This document shows, in pieces, positions 1 to 15,100 of a stretch of 64,000 nt of DNA. This stretch comes from Eledone cirrhosa (taxonomy: Eukaryota), in contig OZ024741.1 of the NCBI GenBank assembly GCA_964016885.1, forward strand, positions 396,490,001 to 396,554,000, in the 5' to 3' direction. How positions within the stretch are numbered: the first letter of the stretch is position 1; each line of letters begins with the position of its first letter. The position numbers and the translations under genes were made by a program. A model generated the notes under the pieces. It was not told the origin of the DNA and searched no databases. It was given only the letters and a program-made list of their open reading frames with translations.

Positions 1-2300
1 CATCAATCAGTTACACCACAAGGGTCAAAGTGCATCAATCAGTCACACCACACGAGTCAAAGTGCATCAATCAGTCACACCACAAGGGTCAAAGTGCATC
101 AATCAGTCACACCACAAGGGTCAAAGTGCATCACAGTCACACCACAAGTGTCAAAGTGCATCAATCAGTCACACCACAAGGGTCAAAGAGCATCAATCAG
201 TCACACAACAAGAGTCAAAGTGCATCAATCAGCCACACCACAAGGTTAAAGTGCATCAATCAGTCACACCACAAGGGTCAAAGTGCATCAATCAGTCAGA
301 CCACAAGGGTCAAAGTGGATCAATCAGTCACACCACAAGGGTCAAAGTGCATCAATCAATCACACCACAAGGGTCAAAGTGCATCAATCAGTCACACCAC
401 AAGAGTCAAGGGGCACCAATCAGTCACACCACAAGGGTCAAATTCCTTCAATCAGTCACACCACAAGGGTCAAAGTGCATCAATCAGTCACACCTCAAGA
501 GTCAAAGTGCATCAATCAGTCACACCACAAGGGTCAAAGTGCATCAATCAGTCACACCACGAGGGTCAAAGTGCATCAATCAGTCACACGACAAGGGTCA
601 AAGTGCATCAATCAGTCACACCACAAGGGTCAAAGTGCATCAATCAGTCACACCACAAGGGTCAAAGTGCATCAATCAGTCACACCACAAGGGTCAAAGT
701 GCATCAATCAGTCACACCACAAGAGTCAAAGTGCATCAATCAGTCACACCACAAGGGTCAAATTCCTTCAATCAGTCACACCACAAGAGTCAAAGTGCAT
801 CAATCAGTCACACCACAAGGGTCAAAGTGCATCAATCAGTCACACCACAAGAGTCAAATTCCTTCAATCAGTCACACCACAAGGGTCAAATTCCTTCAAT
901 CAGTCACACCACAAGGGTCAAAGTGCATCACAGTCACACCACAAGTGTCAAAGTGCATCAATCAGTCACACCACAAGGGTCAAAGAGCATCAATCAGTCA
1001 CACAACAAGAGTCAAAGTGCATCAATCAGCCACACCACAAGGTTAAAGTGCATCAATCAGTCACACCACAAGGGTCAAAGTGCATCAATCAGTCAGACCA
1101 CAAGGGTCAAAGTGGATCAATCAGTCACACCACAAGAGTCAAATTCCTTCAATCAGTCACACCACAAGGGTCAAATTCCTTCAATCAGTCACACCACAAG
1201 GGTCAAAGTGCATCAATCAGTCACACCACAAGGGTCAAAGTGCATCAATCAGTCACACCACAAGGGTCAAAGTGCATCAATCAGTCACACCACAAGAGTC
1301 AAAGTGCATCAATCAGTCACACCACAAGGGTCAAAGTGCATCAATCAGTCACACCACAAGGGTCAAAGTGCATCAATCAGTCACACCACAAGAGTCAAAG
1401 TGCATCAATCAGTCACACCACAAGAGTCAAAGTGCATCAATCAGTCACACCACAAGCGTCAAAGTGCATCAATCAGTTACACCACAAGGGTCAAAGTGCA
1501 TCAATCAGTCACACCACACGAGTCAAAGTGCATCAATCAGTCACACCACAAGGGTCAAAGTGCATCAATCAGTCACACCACAAGGGTCAAAGTGCATCAC
1601 AGTCACACCACAAGTGTCAAAGTGCATCAATCAGTCACACCACAAGGGTCAAAGAGCATCAATCAGTCACACAACAAGAGTCAAAGTGCATCAATCAGCC
1701 ACACCACAAGGTTAAAGTGCATCAATCAGTCACACCACAAGGGTCAAAGTGCATCAATCAGTCAGACCACAAGGGTCAAAGTGGATCAATCAGTCACACC
1801 ACAAGGGTCAAAGTGCATCAATCAATCACACCACAAGGGTCAAAGTGCATCAATCAGTCACACCACAAGAGTCAAGGGGCACCAATCAGTCACACCACAA
1901 GGGTCAAATTCCTTCAATCAGTCACACCACAAGGGTCAAAGTGCATCAATCAGTCACACCTCAAGAGTCAAAGTGCATCAATCAGTCACACCACAAGGGT
2001 CAAAGTGCATCAATCAGTCACACCACGAGGGTCAAAGTGCATCAATCAGTCACACGACAAGGGTCAAAGTGCATCAATCAGTCACACCACAAGGGTCAAA
2101 GTGCATCAATCAGTCACACCACAAGGGTCAAAGTGCATCAATCAGTCACACCACAAGGGTCAAAGTGCATCAATCAGTCACACCACAAGAGTCAAAGTGC
2201 ATCAATCAGTCACACCACAAGGGTCAAATTCCTTCAATCAGTCACACCACAAGAGTCAAAGTGCATCAATCAGTCACACCACAAGGGTCAAAGTGCATCA
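1..2300 (+). repeat. Higher-order duplication, offset 1466 bp (46 monomers minus 6 bp): about 1-840 repeated at about 1467-2300
   Basis: The same ordered series of rare variants (TTACACC, CACACGAG, GCATCACAG, AAGGTTAAAG, CAGACC, GTGGATC, GGGGCACC, CCTCAAG, CACGAC) starts at 1 and at 1467. ORF starts 283/1749. Confidence 0.85.
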
Positions 2301-5179
2301 ATCAGTCACACCACAAGGGTCAAAGTGCATCAATCATTCACACCACAAGGGTCAAAGTGCATCAATCAGTGACACCACAAGGGTCAAAGTGCATCAATCA
2401 GTCACACCACAAGAGTCAAAGTGCATCAATCAGTCACACCACAAGAGTCAAGGGGCACCAATCAGTCACACCACAAGGGTCAAATTCCTTCAATCAGTCA
2501 CACCACAAGGGTCAAAGTGCATCAATCAGTCACACCTCAAGACTCAAAGTGCATCAATCAGTCACACCACAAGGGTCAAAGTGCATCAATCAGTCACACC
2601 ACGAGAGTCAAAGTGCATCAATCAGTCACACGACAAGGGTCAAAGTGCATCAATCAGTCACACCACAAGGGTCAAAGTGCATCAATCAGTAACACCACAA
2701 GAGTCAAACAGCATCAATCAGTCACACCACAAGGGTCAACGTGCATCAATCAGTCACACCACAAGGGTCAAAGTGCATCAATCAGTCACACCACAAGGGT
2801 CAAAGTGCATCAATCAGTCACACCACAAGGGTCAAAGTGCATCAATCAGCCACACCACAAGGGTCAAAGTGCATCTATCAGTCACACCACAAGAGTCAAA
2901 GTGCATCAATCAGCCACACCACAAGAGTCAAAGTGCATCAATCAGTTACACCACAAGAGTCAAAGTGCATCAATCAGTCACACCACAAGGGTGAAAGTGC
3001 ATCAATCAGCCACACCACAAGGGTCAAAGTGCATCAATCAGTCACACCACAAGAGTCAAAGTGCATCAATCAGACACACCACAAGAGTCAAAGTGCATCA
3101 ATCAGTGACACCACAAGGGTCAAAGTGCTTCAATCAGTCACACCACAAGAGTCAAAGTGTTTCAATCAGTCACACCACAAGAGTCAAAGTGCATCAATCA
3201 GTCACACCACAAGGGTCAAATTCCTTCAATCAGTCACACCACAAGGGTCAAAGTGCATCAATCAGTCACACCACATGGGTCAAAGTGCATCAATCAGTCA
3301 CACCACAAGAGTCAAAGTGCTTCAATCAGTCACACCACAAGGGTCAAATTCCTTCAATCAGTCACACCACAAGGGTCAAAGTGCATCAATCAGTCACACC
3401 AGAAGGGTCAAAGTGCATCAATCAGTCACACCACAAGGGTCAAAGTGCATCAATCAGTCACACCACAAGGGTCAAATTCCTTCAATCAGTCACACCACAA
3501 GAGTCAAAGTGCATCAATCAGTCACACCACAAGAGTCAAAGTGCTTCAATCAGTCACACCACAAGGGTCAAATTCCTTCAATCAGTCACACCACAAGGGT
3601 CAAAGTGCATCAATCAGTCACACCACAAGAGTCAAAGTGCATCAATCAGTCACACCACAAGGGTCAAAGTGCATCAATCAGTCACACCACAAGAGTCAAA
3701 GTGCATCAATCAGTCACACCACAAGGGTCAAAGTGCATCAATCAGTCACACCACAAGGGTCAAAGTGCATCAATCAGTCACACCACAAGAGTCAAAATGC
3801 ATCAATCAGTCACACCACAAGGGTCAAAGTGCATCAATCAGTCACACCACAAGGGTCAAAGTGCATCAATCAGTCACACCACAAGGGTCAAAGTGCATCA
3901 ATCAGTCACACCACACGAGTCAAAGTGCATCAATCAGTCACACCACAAGGGTCAAAGTGCATCAATCAGTCACACCACAAGGGTCAAAGTGCATTACAGT
4001 CACACCACAAGTGTCAAAGTGCATCAATCAGTCACACCACAAGGGTCAAAGAGCATCAATCAGTCACACAACAAGAGTCAAAGTGCATCAATCAGCCACA
4101 CCACAAGGTTAAAGTGCATCAATCAGTCACACCACAAGGGTCAAAGTGCATCAATCAGTCACACCACAAGAGTCAAAGTGCATCAATCAGTCACACCACA
4201 AGGGTCAAATTCCTTCAATCAGTCACACCACAAGGGTCAAAGTGCATCAATCAGTCACACCACAAGATTCAAAGTGCATCAATCAGTCACACCACAAGGG
4301 TCAAAGTGCATCAATCAGTCACACCACGAGGGTCAAAGTGCATCAATCAGTCACACGACAAGGGTCAAAGTGCATCAATCAGTCACACCACAAGGGTCAA
4401 AGTGCATCAATCAGTCAGACCACAAGGGTCAAAGTGGATCAATCAGTCACACCACAAGAGTCAAAGTGCATCAATCAGTCACACCACAAGGGTCAAATTC
4501 CTTCAATCAGTCACACCACAAGAGTCAAAGTGCATCAATCAGTCACACCACAAGGGTCAAAGTGCATCAATCAGTTACACCACAAGGGTCAAAGTGCATC
4601 AATCAGTCACACCACAAGGGTCAAAGTGCATCAATCAGTCAGACCACAAGGGTCAAAGTGGATCAATCAGTCACACCACAAGGGTCAAAGTGCATCAATC
4701 AGTCACACCACAAGGGTCAAATTCCTTCAATCAGTCACACCACAAGGGTCAAATTCCTTCAATCAGTCACACCACAAGGGTCAAAGTGCATCAATCAGTC
4801 ACACCACAAGGGTCAAAGTGCATCAATCAATCACACCACAAGGGTCAAAGTGCATCAATCAGTCACACCACAAGAGTCAAGGGGCACCAATCAGTCACAC
4901 CACAAGGGTCAAATTCCTTCAATCAGTCACACCACAAGGGTCAAAGTGCATCAATCAGTCACACCTCAAGAGTCAAAGTGCATCAATCAGTCACACCACA
5001 AGGGTCAAAGTGCATCAATCAGTCACACCACGAGGGTCAAAGTGCATCAATCAGTCACACGACAAGGGTCAAAGTGCATCAATCAGTCACACCACAAGGG
5101 TCAAAGTGCATCAATCAGTCACACCACAAGGGTCAAAGTGCATCAATCATTCACACCACAAGGGTCAAAGTGCATCAAT

Positions 5180-5510
5180 CAGTCACACCACAAGGGTCAA
5201 AGTGCATCAAATCAATCAGTCACACCACAAGAGTCAAAGTGCATCAATCAGTCACACCACAAGGGTCAAATTCCTTCAATCAGTCACACCACAAGGGTCA
5301 AAGTGCATCAATCAGTCACACCACACGAGTCAAAGTGCATCAATCAGTCACACCACAAGGGTCAAAGTGCATCAAATCAATCAGTCACACCACAAGAGTC
5401 AAAGTGCATCAATCAGTCACACCACAAGGGTCAAATTCCTTCAATCAGTCACACCACAAGGGTCAAAGTGCATCAATCAGTCACACCACACGAGTCAAAG
5501 TGCATCAATC
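5180..5510 (+). repeat. Local tandem duplication, 165 bp (5 monomers + 5-bp insertion)
   Basis: Insertion variant GCATCAAATCAATCAG at 5204 and 5369, each followed by the same variants (AAATTCCTTC, CACACGAG). Confidence 0.85.
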
Positions 5511-6152
5511 AGTCACACCACAAGGGTCAAAGTGCATCAATCAGTCACACCACAAGGGTCAAAGTGCATCACAGTCACACCACAAGTGTCAAAGTGCATC
5601 AATCAGTCACACCACAAGGGTCAAAGTGCATCAATCAGTCACACCACAAGAGTCAAAGTGCATCAATCAGCCACACCACAAGGGTCAAAGTGCATCAATC
5701 AGTCACACCACAAGGGTCAAAGTGCATCAATCAGTCAGACCACAAGGGTCAAAGTGGATCAATCAGTCACACCACCAGGGTCAAAGTGCATCAATCAGTC
5801 ACACCACAAGGGTCAAAGTGCATCAATCAGTCACACCACAAGAGTCAAAGTGCATCAATCAGTGACACCACGAGAGTCAAGGGGCACCAATCAGTCACAC
5901 CACAAGGGTCAAATTCCTTCAATCAGTCACACCACAAGGCTCAAAGGGCATCAATCAGTCACACCTCAAGACTCAAAGTGCATCAATCAGTCACACCACA
6001 AGGGTCAAAGTGCATCAATCAGTGACACCACGAGAGTCAAAGTACATCAATCAGTCACACGACAAGGGTCAAAGTGCATCAATCAGTCACACCACAAGGG
6101 TCAAAGTGCATCAATCAGTAACACCACAAGAGTCAAACAGCATCAATCAGTC

Positions 6153-9100
6153 ACACCACAAGGGTCAACGTGCATCAATCAGTCACACCACAAGGGTCAA
6201 AGTGCATCAATTAGTCACACCACAAGGGTGAAAGTGCATCAATCAGTCACACCACAAGGGTCAAAGTGCATCAATCAGCCACACCACAAGGGTCAAAGTG
6301 CATCTATCAGTCACACCACAAGAGTCAAAGTGCATCAATCAGTTACACCACAAGAGTCAAAGTGCATCAATCAGTTACACCACAAGAGTCAAAGTGCACC
6401 TATCAGTCACACCACAAGAGTCAAAGTGCATCAATCAGTCCCACCACAAGAGTCAAAGTGCATCAATCAGTTACACCACAAGAGTCTAAGTGCATCAATC
6501 AGTCACACCACAAGGGTCAAAGTGCATCAATCAGCCACACCACAAGGGTCAAAGTGCATCAATCAGTCACACCACAAGAGTCAAAGTGCATCAATCAGTC
6601 ACACCACAAGGGTCAAAGTGCATCAATCAGTTACACCACAAGAGTCAATGTGCATCTATCAGTTACACCACAAGAGTCAAAGTGCATCAATCAGACACAC
6701 CACAAGGGTCAAAGTGCATCAATCAGTTACACCACAAGAGTCAAAGTGCATCAATGAGTTACACCACAAGAGTCAAAGTGCATCAATCAGTCACACCACA
6801 AGGGTCAAAGTGCATCAATCAGTCACACCACAAGGGTCAAAGTGCATCAATCAGTCAGACCACAAGGGTCAAAGTGCATCAATCAGTCACACCACAAGTG
6901 TCAAAGTGCATCAATCAGTCACACCACAAGAGTCAAAGTGCATCAATGAGTCACACCACAAGGGTCAAAGTGCATCAATCAGTCACACCACAAGGGTCAA
7001 AGTGCATCAATCATTCACACCACAAGGGTCAAAGTGCATCAATCAGTCGCACCACAAGGGTCAAAGTGCATCAAATCAATCAGTCACACCACAAGAGTCA
7101 AAGTGCATCAATCAGTCACACCACAAGGGTCAAATTCCTTCAATCAGTCACACCACAAGGGTCAAAGTGCATCAATCAGTCACACCACAAGGGTCAAAGT
7201 GCATCAATCAGTCACACCACAAGAGTCAAAGTGCTTCAATCAGTCACACCACAAGGGTCAAATTCCTTCAATCAGTCACACCACAAGGGTCAAAGTGCAT
7301 CAATCAGTCACACCAGAAGGGTCAAAGTGCATCAATCAGTCACACCACAAGGGTCAAAGTGCATCAATCAGTCACACCACAAGGGTCAAAGTGCATCAAT
7401 CAGTCACACCACAAGAGTCAAAGTGCATCAATCAGTCACACCACAAGAGTCAAAGTGCTTCAATCAGTCACACCACAAGGGTCAAATTCCTTCAATCAGT
7501 CACACCACAAGGGTCAAAGTGCATCAATCAGTCACACCACAAGAGTCAAAGTGCTTCAATCAGTCACACCACAAGGGTCAACTTCCTTCAATCAGTCACA
7601 CCACAAGGGTCAAAGTGCATCAATCAGTCACACCACAAGAGTCAAAGTGCATCAATCAGTCACACCACAAGGGTCAAAGTGCATCAATCAGTCACACCAC
7701 AAGGGTCAAAGTGCATCAATCAGTCACACCACAAGGGTCAAAGTGCATCAATCAGTCACACCACAAGAGTCAAAGTGCATCAATCAGTCACACCACAAGG
7801 GTCAAAGTGCATCAATCAGTCACACCACAAGGGTCAAAGTGCATCAATCAGTCACACCACAAGGGTCAAAGTGCATCAATCAGTCACACCACAAGAGTCA
7901 AAGTGCATCAATCAGTCACACCACAAGGGTCAAATTCCTTCAATCAGTCACACCACAAGAGTCAAAGTGCATCAATCAGTCACACCACAAGGGTCAAAGT
8001 GCATCAATCAGTTACACCACAAGGGTCAAAGTGCATCAATCAGTCACACCACACGAGTCAAAGTGCATCAATCAGTCACACCACAAGGGTCAAAGTGCAT
8101 CAATCAGTCACACCACAAGGGTCAAAGTGCATCACAGTCACACCACAAGTGTCAAAGTGCATCAATCAGTCACACCACAAGGGTCAAAGAGCATCAATCA
8201 GTCACACAACAAGAGTCAAAGTGCATCAATCAGCCACACCACAAGGTTAAAGTGCATCAATCAGTCACACCACAAGGGTCAAAGTGCATCAATCAGTCAG
8301 ACCACAAGGGTCAAAGTGGATCAATCAGTCACACCACAAGGGTCAAAGTGCATCAATCAATCACACCACAAGGGTCAAAGTGCATCAATCAGTCACACCA
8401 CAAGAGTCAAGGGGCACCAATCAGTCACACCACAAGGGTCAAATTCCTTCAATCAGTCACACCACATGGGTCAAAGTGCATCAATCAGTCACACCTCAAG
8501 AGTCAAAGTGCATCAATCAGTCACACCACAAGGGTCAAAGTGCATCAATCAGTCACACCACGAGGGTCAAAGTGCATCAATCAGTCACACGACAAGGGTC
8601 AAAGTGCATCAATCAGTCACACCACAAGGGTCAAAGTGCATCAATCAGTCACACCACAAGGGTCAAAGTGCATCAATCAGTCACACCACAAGAGTCAAAG
8701 TGCATCAATCAGTCACACCACAAGGGTCAAATTCCTTCAATCAGTCACACCACAAGAGTCAAAGTGCATCAATCAGTCACACCACAAGGGTCAAAGTGCA
8801 TCAATCAGTTACACCACAAGGGTCAACGTGCATCAATCAGTCACACCACAAGGGTCAAAGTGCATCAATTAGTCACACCACAAGGGTGAAAGTGCATCAA
8901 TCAGTCACACCACAAGGGTCAAAGTGCATCAATCAGCCACACCACAAGGGTCAAAGTGCATCTATCAGTCACACCACAAGAGTCAAAGTGCATCAATCAG
9001 TTACACCACAAGAGTCAAAGTGCATCAATCAGTTACACCACAAGAGTCAAAGTGCACCTATCAGTCACACCACAAGAGTCAAAGTGCATCAATCAGTCCC

Positions 9101-11484
9101 ACCACAAGAGTCAAAGTGCATCAATCAGTTACACCACAAGAGTCTAAGTGCATCAATCAGTCACACCACAAGGGTCAAAGTGCATCAATCAGCCACACCA
9201 CAAGGGTCAAAGTGCATCAATCAGTCACACCACAAGAGTCAAAGTGCATCAATCAGTCACACCACAAGGGTCAAAGTGCATCAATCAGTTACACCACAAG
9301 AGTCAATGTGCATCTATCAGTTACACCACAAGAGTCAAAGTGCATCAATCAGACACACCACAAGGGTCAAAGTGCATCAATCAGTTACACCACAAGAGTC
9401 AAAGTGCATCAATGAGTTACACCACAAGAGTCAAAGTGCATCAATCAGTCACACCACAAGGGTCAAAGTGCATCAATCAGTCACACCACAAGGGTCAAAG
9501 TGCATCAATCAGTCAGACCACAAGGGTCAAAGTGCATCAATCAGTCACACCACAAGTGTCAAAGTGCATCAATCAGTCACACCACAAGAGTCAAAGTGCA
9601 TCAATGAGTCACACCACAAGGGTCAAAGTGCATCAATCAGTCACACCACAAGGGTCAAAGTGCATCAATCATTCACACCACAAGGGTCAAAGTGCATCAA
9701 TCAGTCGCACCACAAGGGTCAAAGTGCATCAAATCAATCAGTCACACCACAAGAGTCAAAGTGCATCAATCAGTCACACCACAAGGGTCAAATTCCTTCA
9801 ATCAGTCACACCACAAGGGTCAAAGTGCATCAATCAGTCACACCACAAGGGTCAAAGTGCATCAATCAGTCACACCACAAGAGTCAAAGTGCTTCAATCA
9901 GTCACACCACAAGGGTCAAATTCCTTCAATCAGTCACACCACAAGGGTCAAAGTGCATCAATCAGTCACACCAGAAGGGTCAAAGTGCATCAATCAGTCA
10001 CACCACAAGGGTCAAAGTGCATCAATCAGTCACACCACAAGGGTCAAAGTGCATCAATCAGTCACACCACAAGAGTCAAAGTGCATCAATCAGTCACACC
10101 ACAAGAGTCAAAGTGCTTCAATCAGTCACACCACAAGGGTCAAATTCCTTCAATCAGTCACACCACAAGGGTCAAAGTGCATCAATCAGTCACACCACAA
10201 GAGTCAAAGTGCTTCAATCAGTCACACCACAAGGGTCAACTTCCTTCAATCAGTCACACCACAAGGGTCAAAGTGCATCAATCAGTCACACCACAAGAGT
10301 CAAAGTGCATCAATCAGTCACACCACAAGGGTCAAAGTGCATCAATCAGTCACACCACAAGGGTCAAAGTGCATCAATCAGTCACACCACAAGGGTCAAA
10401 GTGCATCAATCAGTCACACCACAAGAGTCAAAGTGCATCAATCAGTCACACCACAAGGGTCAAAGTGCATCAATCAGTCACACCACAAGGGTCAAAGTGC
10501 ATCAATCAGTCACACCACAAGGGTCAAAGTGCATCAATCAGTCACACCACAAGAGTCAAAGTGCATCAATCAGTCACACCACAAGGGTCAAATTCCTTCA
10601 ATCAGTCACACCACAAGAGTCAAAGTGCATCAATCAGTCACACCACAAGGGTCAAAGTGCATCAATCAGTTACACCACAAGGGTCAAAGTGCATCAATCA
10701 GTCACACCACACGAGTCAAAGTGCATCAATCAGTCACACCACAAGGGTCAAAGTGCATCAATCAGTCACACCACAAGGGTCAAAGTGCATCACAGTCACA
10801 CCACAAGTGTCAAAGTGCATCAATCAGTCACACCACAAGGGTCAAAGAGCATCAATCAGTCACACAACAAGAGTCAAAGTGCATCAATCAGCCACACCAC
10901 AAGGTTAAAGTGCATCAATCAGTCACACCACAAGGGTCAAAGTGCATCAATCAGTCAGACCACAAGGGTCAAAGTGGATCAATCAGTCACACCACAAGGG
11001 TCAAAGTGCATCAATCAATCACACCACAAGGGTCAAAGTGCATCAATCAGTCACACCACAAGAGTCAAGGGGCACCAATCAGTCACACCACAAGGGTCAA
11101 ATTCCTTCAATCAGTCACACCACATGGGTCAAAGTGCATCAATCAGTCACACCTCAAGAGTCAAAGTGCATCAATCAGTCACACCACAAGGGTCAAAGTG
11201 CATCAATCAGTCACACCACGAGGGTCAAAGTGCATCAATCAGTCACACGACAAGGGTCAAAGTGCATCAATCAGTCACACCACAAGGGTCAAAGTGCATC
11301 AATCAGTCACACCACAAGGGTCAAAGTGCATCAATCAGTCACACCACAAGAGTCAAAGTGCATCAATCAGTCACACCACAAGGGTCAAATTCCTTCAATC
11401 AGTCACACCACAAGAGTCAAAGTGCATCAATCAGTCACACCACAAGGGTCAAAGTGCATCAATCAGTTACACCACAAGGGTCAA
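6153..11484 (+). repeat. Tandem higher-order duplication, period 2658 bp (83 monomers + 2 bp), two copies
   Basis: ORF pairs 6266/8924, 6298/8956, 6490..8250/9148..10908, 7034/9692 and 8284/10942 are all offset 2658. Private variants AGAGTCTAAG, CAACTTCC and CACATGGG occur at matching positions. Net +2 = +5, -2, -1 indels. Confidence 0.93.
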
Positions 11485-12199
11485 AGTGCATCAATCAGTC
11501 ACACCACACGAGTCAAAGTGCATCAATCAGTCACACCACAAGGGTCAAAGTGCATCAATCAGTCACACCACAAGGGTCAAAGTGCATCACAGTCACACCA
11601 CAAGTGTCAAAGTGCATCAATCAGTCACACCACAAGGGTCAAAGAGCATCAATCAGTCACACAACAAGAGTCAAAGTGCATCAATCAGCCACACCACAAG
11701 GTTAAAGTGCATCAATCAGTCACACCACAAGGGTCAAAGTGCATCAATCAGTCAGACCACAAGGGTCAAAGTCGATCAATCAGTCACACCACAAGGGTCA
11801 AAGTGCATCAATCAATCACACCACAAGGGTCAAAGTGCATCAATCAGTCACACCACAAGAGTCAAGGGGCACCAATCAGTCACACCACAAGGGTCAAATT
11901 CCTTCAATCAGTCACACCACAAGGGTCAAAGTGCATCAATCAGTCACACCTCAAGAGTCAAAGTGCATCAATCAGTCACACCACAAGGGTCAAAGTGCAC
12001 CAATCAGTCACACCACAAGGGTCAAAGTGCATCAATCAGTCACACGACAAGGGTCAAAGTGCATCAATCAGTCACACCACAAGGGTCAAAGTGCATCAAT
12101 CAGTCACACCACAAGGGTCAAAGTGCATCAATCAGTCACACCACAAGGGTCAAAGTGCATCAATCAGTCACACCACAAGAGTCAAAGTGCATCAATCAG

Positions 12200-15100
12200 T
12201 CACACCACAAGGGTCAAAGTGCATCAATCAGTCACACCACAAGGGTCAAAGTGCATCAATCAGTCACACCACAAGAGTCAAAGTGCATCAATCAGTCACA
12301 CCACAAGGGTCAAATTCCTTCAATCAGTCACACCACAAGAGTCAAAGTGCATCAATCAGTCACACCACAAGGGTCAAAGTGCATCAATCAGTTACACCAC
12401 AAGGGTCAAAGTGCATCAATCAGTCACACCACACGAGTCAAAGTGCATCAATCAGTCACACCACAAGGGTCAAAGTGCATCAATCAGTCACACCACAAGG
12501 GTCAAAGTGCATCACAGTCACACCACAAGTGTCAAAGTGCATCAATCAGTCACACCACAAGGGTCAAAGAGCATCAATCAGTCACACAACAAGAGTCAAA
12601 GTGCATCAATCAGCCACACCACAAGGTTAAAGTGCATCAATCAGTCACACTACAAGGGTCAAAGTGCATCAATCAGTCAGACCACAAGGGTCAAAGTGGA
12701 TCAATCAGTCACACCACAAGGGTCAAAGTGCATCAATCAATCACACCACAAGGGTCAAAGTGCATCAATCAGTCACACCACAAGAGTCAAGGGGCACCAA
12801 TCAGTCACACCACAAGGGTCAAATTCCTTCAATCAGTCACACCACAAGGGTCAAAGTGCATCAATCAGTCACACCTCAAGAGTCAAAGTGCATCAATCAG
12901 TCACACCACAAGGGTCAAAGTGCATCAATCAGTCACACCACGAGGGTCAAAGTGCATCAATCAGTCACACGACAAGGGTCAAAGTGCATCAATCAGTCAC
13001 ACCACAAGGGTCAAAGTGCATCAATCAGTCACACCACAAGGGTCAAAGTGCATCAATCAGTCACACCACAAGGGTCAAAGTGCATCAATCAGTCACACCA
13101 CAAGAGTCAAAGTGCATCAATCAGTCACACCACAAGGGTCAAATTCCTTCAATCAGTCACACCACAAGAGTCAAAGTGCATCAATCAGTCACACCACAAG
13201 GGTCAAAGTGCATCAATCAGTCACACCACAAGAGTCAAAGTGCTTCAATCAGTCACACCACAAGGGTCAAATTCCTTCAATCAGTCACACCACAAGGGTC
13301 AAAGTGCATCAATCAGTCACACCACAAGGGTCAAAGTGCATCAATCAGTCACACCACAAGGGTCAAAGTGCATCAATCAGTCACACCACAAGAGTCAAAG
13401 TGCATCAATCAGTCACACCACAAGGGTCAAAGTGCATCAATCAGTCACACCACAAGGGTCAAAGTGCATCAATCAGTCACACCACAAGAGTCAAAGTGCA
13501 TCAATCAGTCACACCACAAGGGTCAAAGTGCATCAATCAGTCACACCACAAGGGTCAAAGTGCATCAATCAGTCACACCACAAGGGTCAAAGTGCATCAA
13601 TCAGTCACACCACAAGAGTCAAAGTGCATCAATCAGTCACACCACAAGGGTCAAATTCCTTCAATCAGTCACACCACAAGAGTCAAAGTGCATCAATCAG
13701 TCACACCACAAGCGTCAAAGTGCATCAATCAGTTACACCACAAGGGTCAAAGTGCATCAATCAGTCACACCACACGAGTCAAAGTGCATCAATCAGTCAC
13801 ACCACAAGGGTCAAAGTGCATCAATCAGTCACACCACAAGGGTCAAAGTGCATCACAGTCACACCACAAGTGTCAAAGTGCATCAATCAGTCACACCACA
13901 AGGGTCAAAGAGCATCAATCAGTCACACAACAAGAGTCAAAGTGCATCAATCAGCCACACCACAAGGTTAAAGTGCATCAATCAGTCACACCACAAGGGT
14001 CAAAGTGCATCAATCAGTCAGACCACAAGGGTCAAAGTGGATCAATCAGTCACACCACAAGGGTCAAAGTGCATCAATCAATCACACCACAAGGGTCAAA
14101 GTGCATCAATCAGTCACACCACAAGAGTCAAGGGGCACCAATCAGTCACACCACAAGGGTCAAATTCCTTCAATCAGTCACACCACAAGGGTCAAAGTGC
14201 ATCAATCAGTCACACCTCAAGAGTCAAAGTGCATCAATCAGTCACACCACAAGGGTCAAAGTGCATCAATCAGTCACACCACGAGGGTCAAAGTGCATCA
14301 ATCAGTCACACGACAAGGGTCAAAGTGCATCAATCAGTCACACCACAAGGGTCAAAGTGCATCAATCAGTCACACCACAAGGGTCAAAGTGCATCAATCA
14401 GTCACACCACAAGGGTCAAAGTGCATCAATCAGTCACACCACAAGAGTCAAAGTGCATCAATCAGTCACACCACAAGGGTCAAATTCCTTCAATCAGTCA
14501 CACCACAAGAGTCAAAGTGCATCAATCAGTCACACCACAAGGGTCAAAGTGCATCAATCAGTCACACCACAAGGGTCAAAGTGCATCAATCATTCACACC
14601 ACAAGGGTCAAAGTGCATCAATCAGTGACACCACAAGGGTCAAAGTGCATCAATCAGTCACACCACAAGAGTCAAAGTGCATCAATCAGTCACACCACAA
14701 GAGTCAAGGGGCACCAATCAGTCACACCACAAGGGTCAAATTCCTTCAATCAGTTACACCACAAGGGTCAAAGTGCATCAATCAGTCACACCTCAAGACT
14801 CAAAGTGCATCAATCAGTCACACCACAAGGGTCAAAGTGCATCAATCAGTCACACCACGAGAGTCAAAGTGCATCAATCAGTCACACGACAAGGGTCAAA
14901 GTGCATCAATCAGTCACACCACAAGGGTCAAAGTGCATCAATCAGTAACACCACAAGAGTCAAACAGCATCAATCAGTCACACCACAAGGGTCAACGTGC
15001 ATCAATCAGTCACACCACAAGGGTCAAAGTGCATCAATCAGTCACACCACAAGGGTCAAAGTGCATCAATCAGTCACACCACAAGGGTCAAAGTGCATCA

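Noticed and set aside
120-250. Linked -2 and -1 deletions as frame-restoring compensation implying coding selection
   Set aside because: All frames encode the same repeat, so compensation is meaningless. The -1 variant itself creates a TAA, and -2-only, -1-only and +5 variants also exist.
6947-6953. AP-1 site TGAGTCA in the AATGAGTCAC variant (recurs in several HOR copies)
   Set aside because: It is a single C>G change in one monomer propagated by duplication, with no independent evidence of function.
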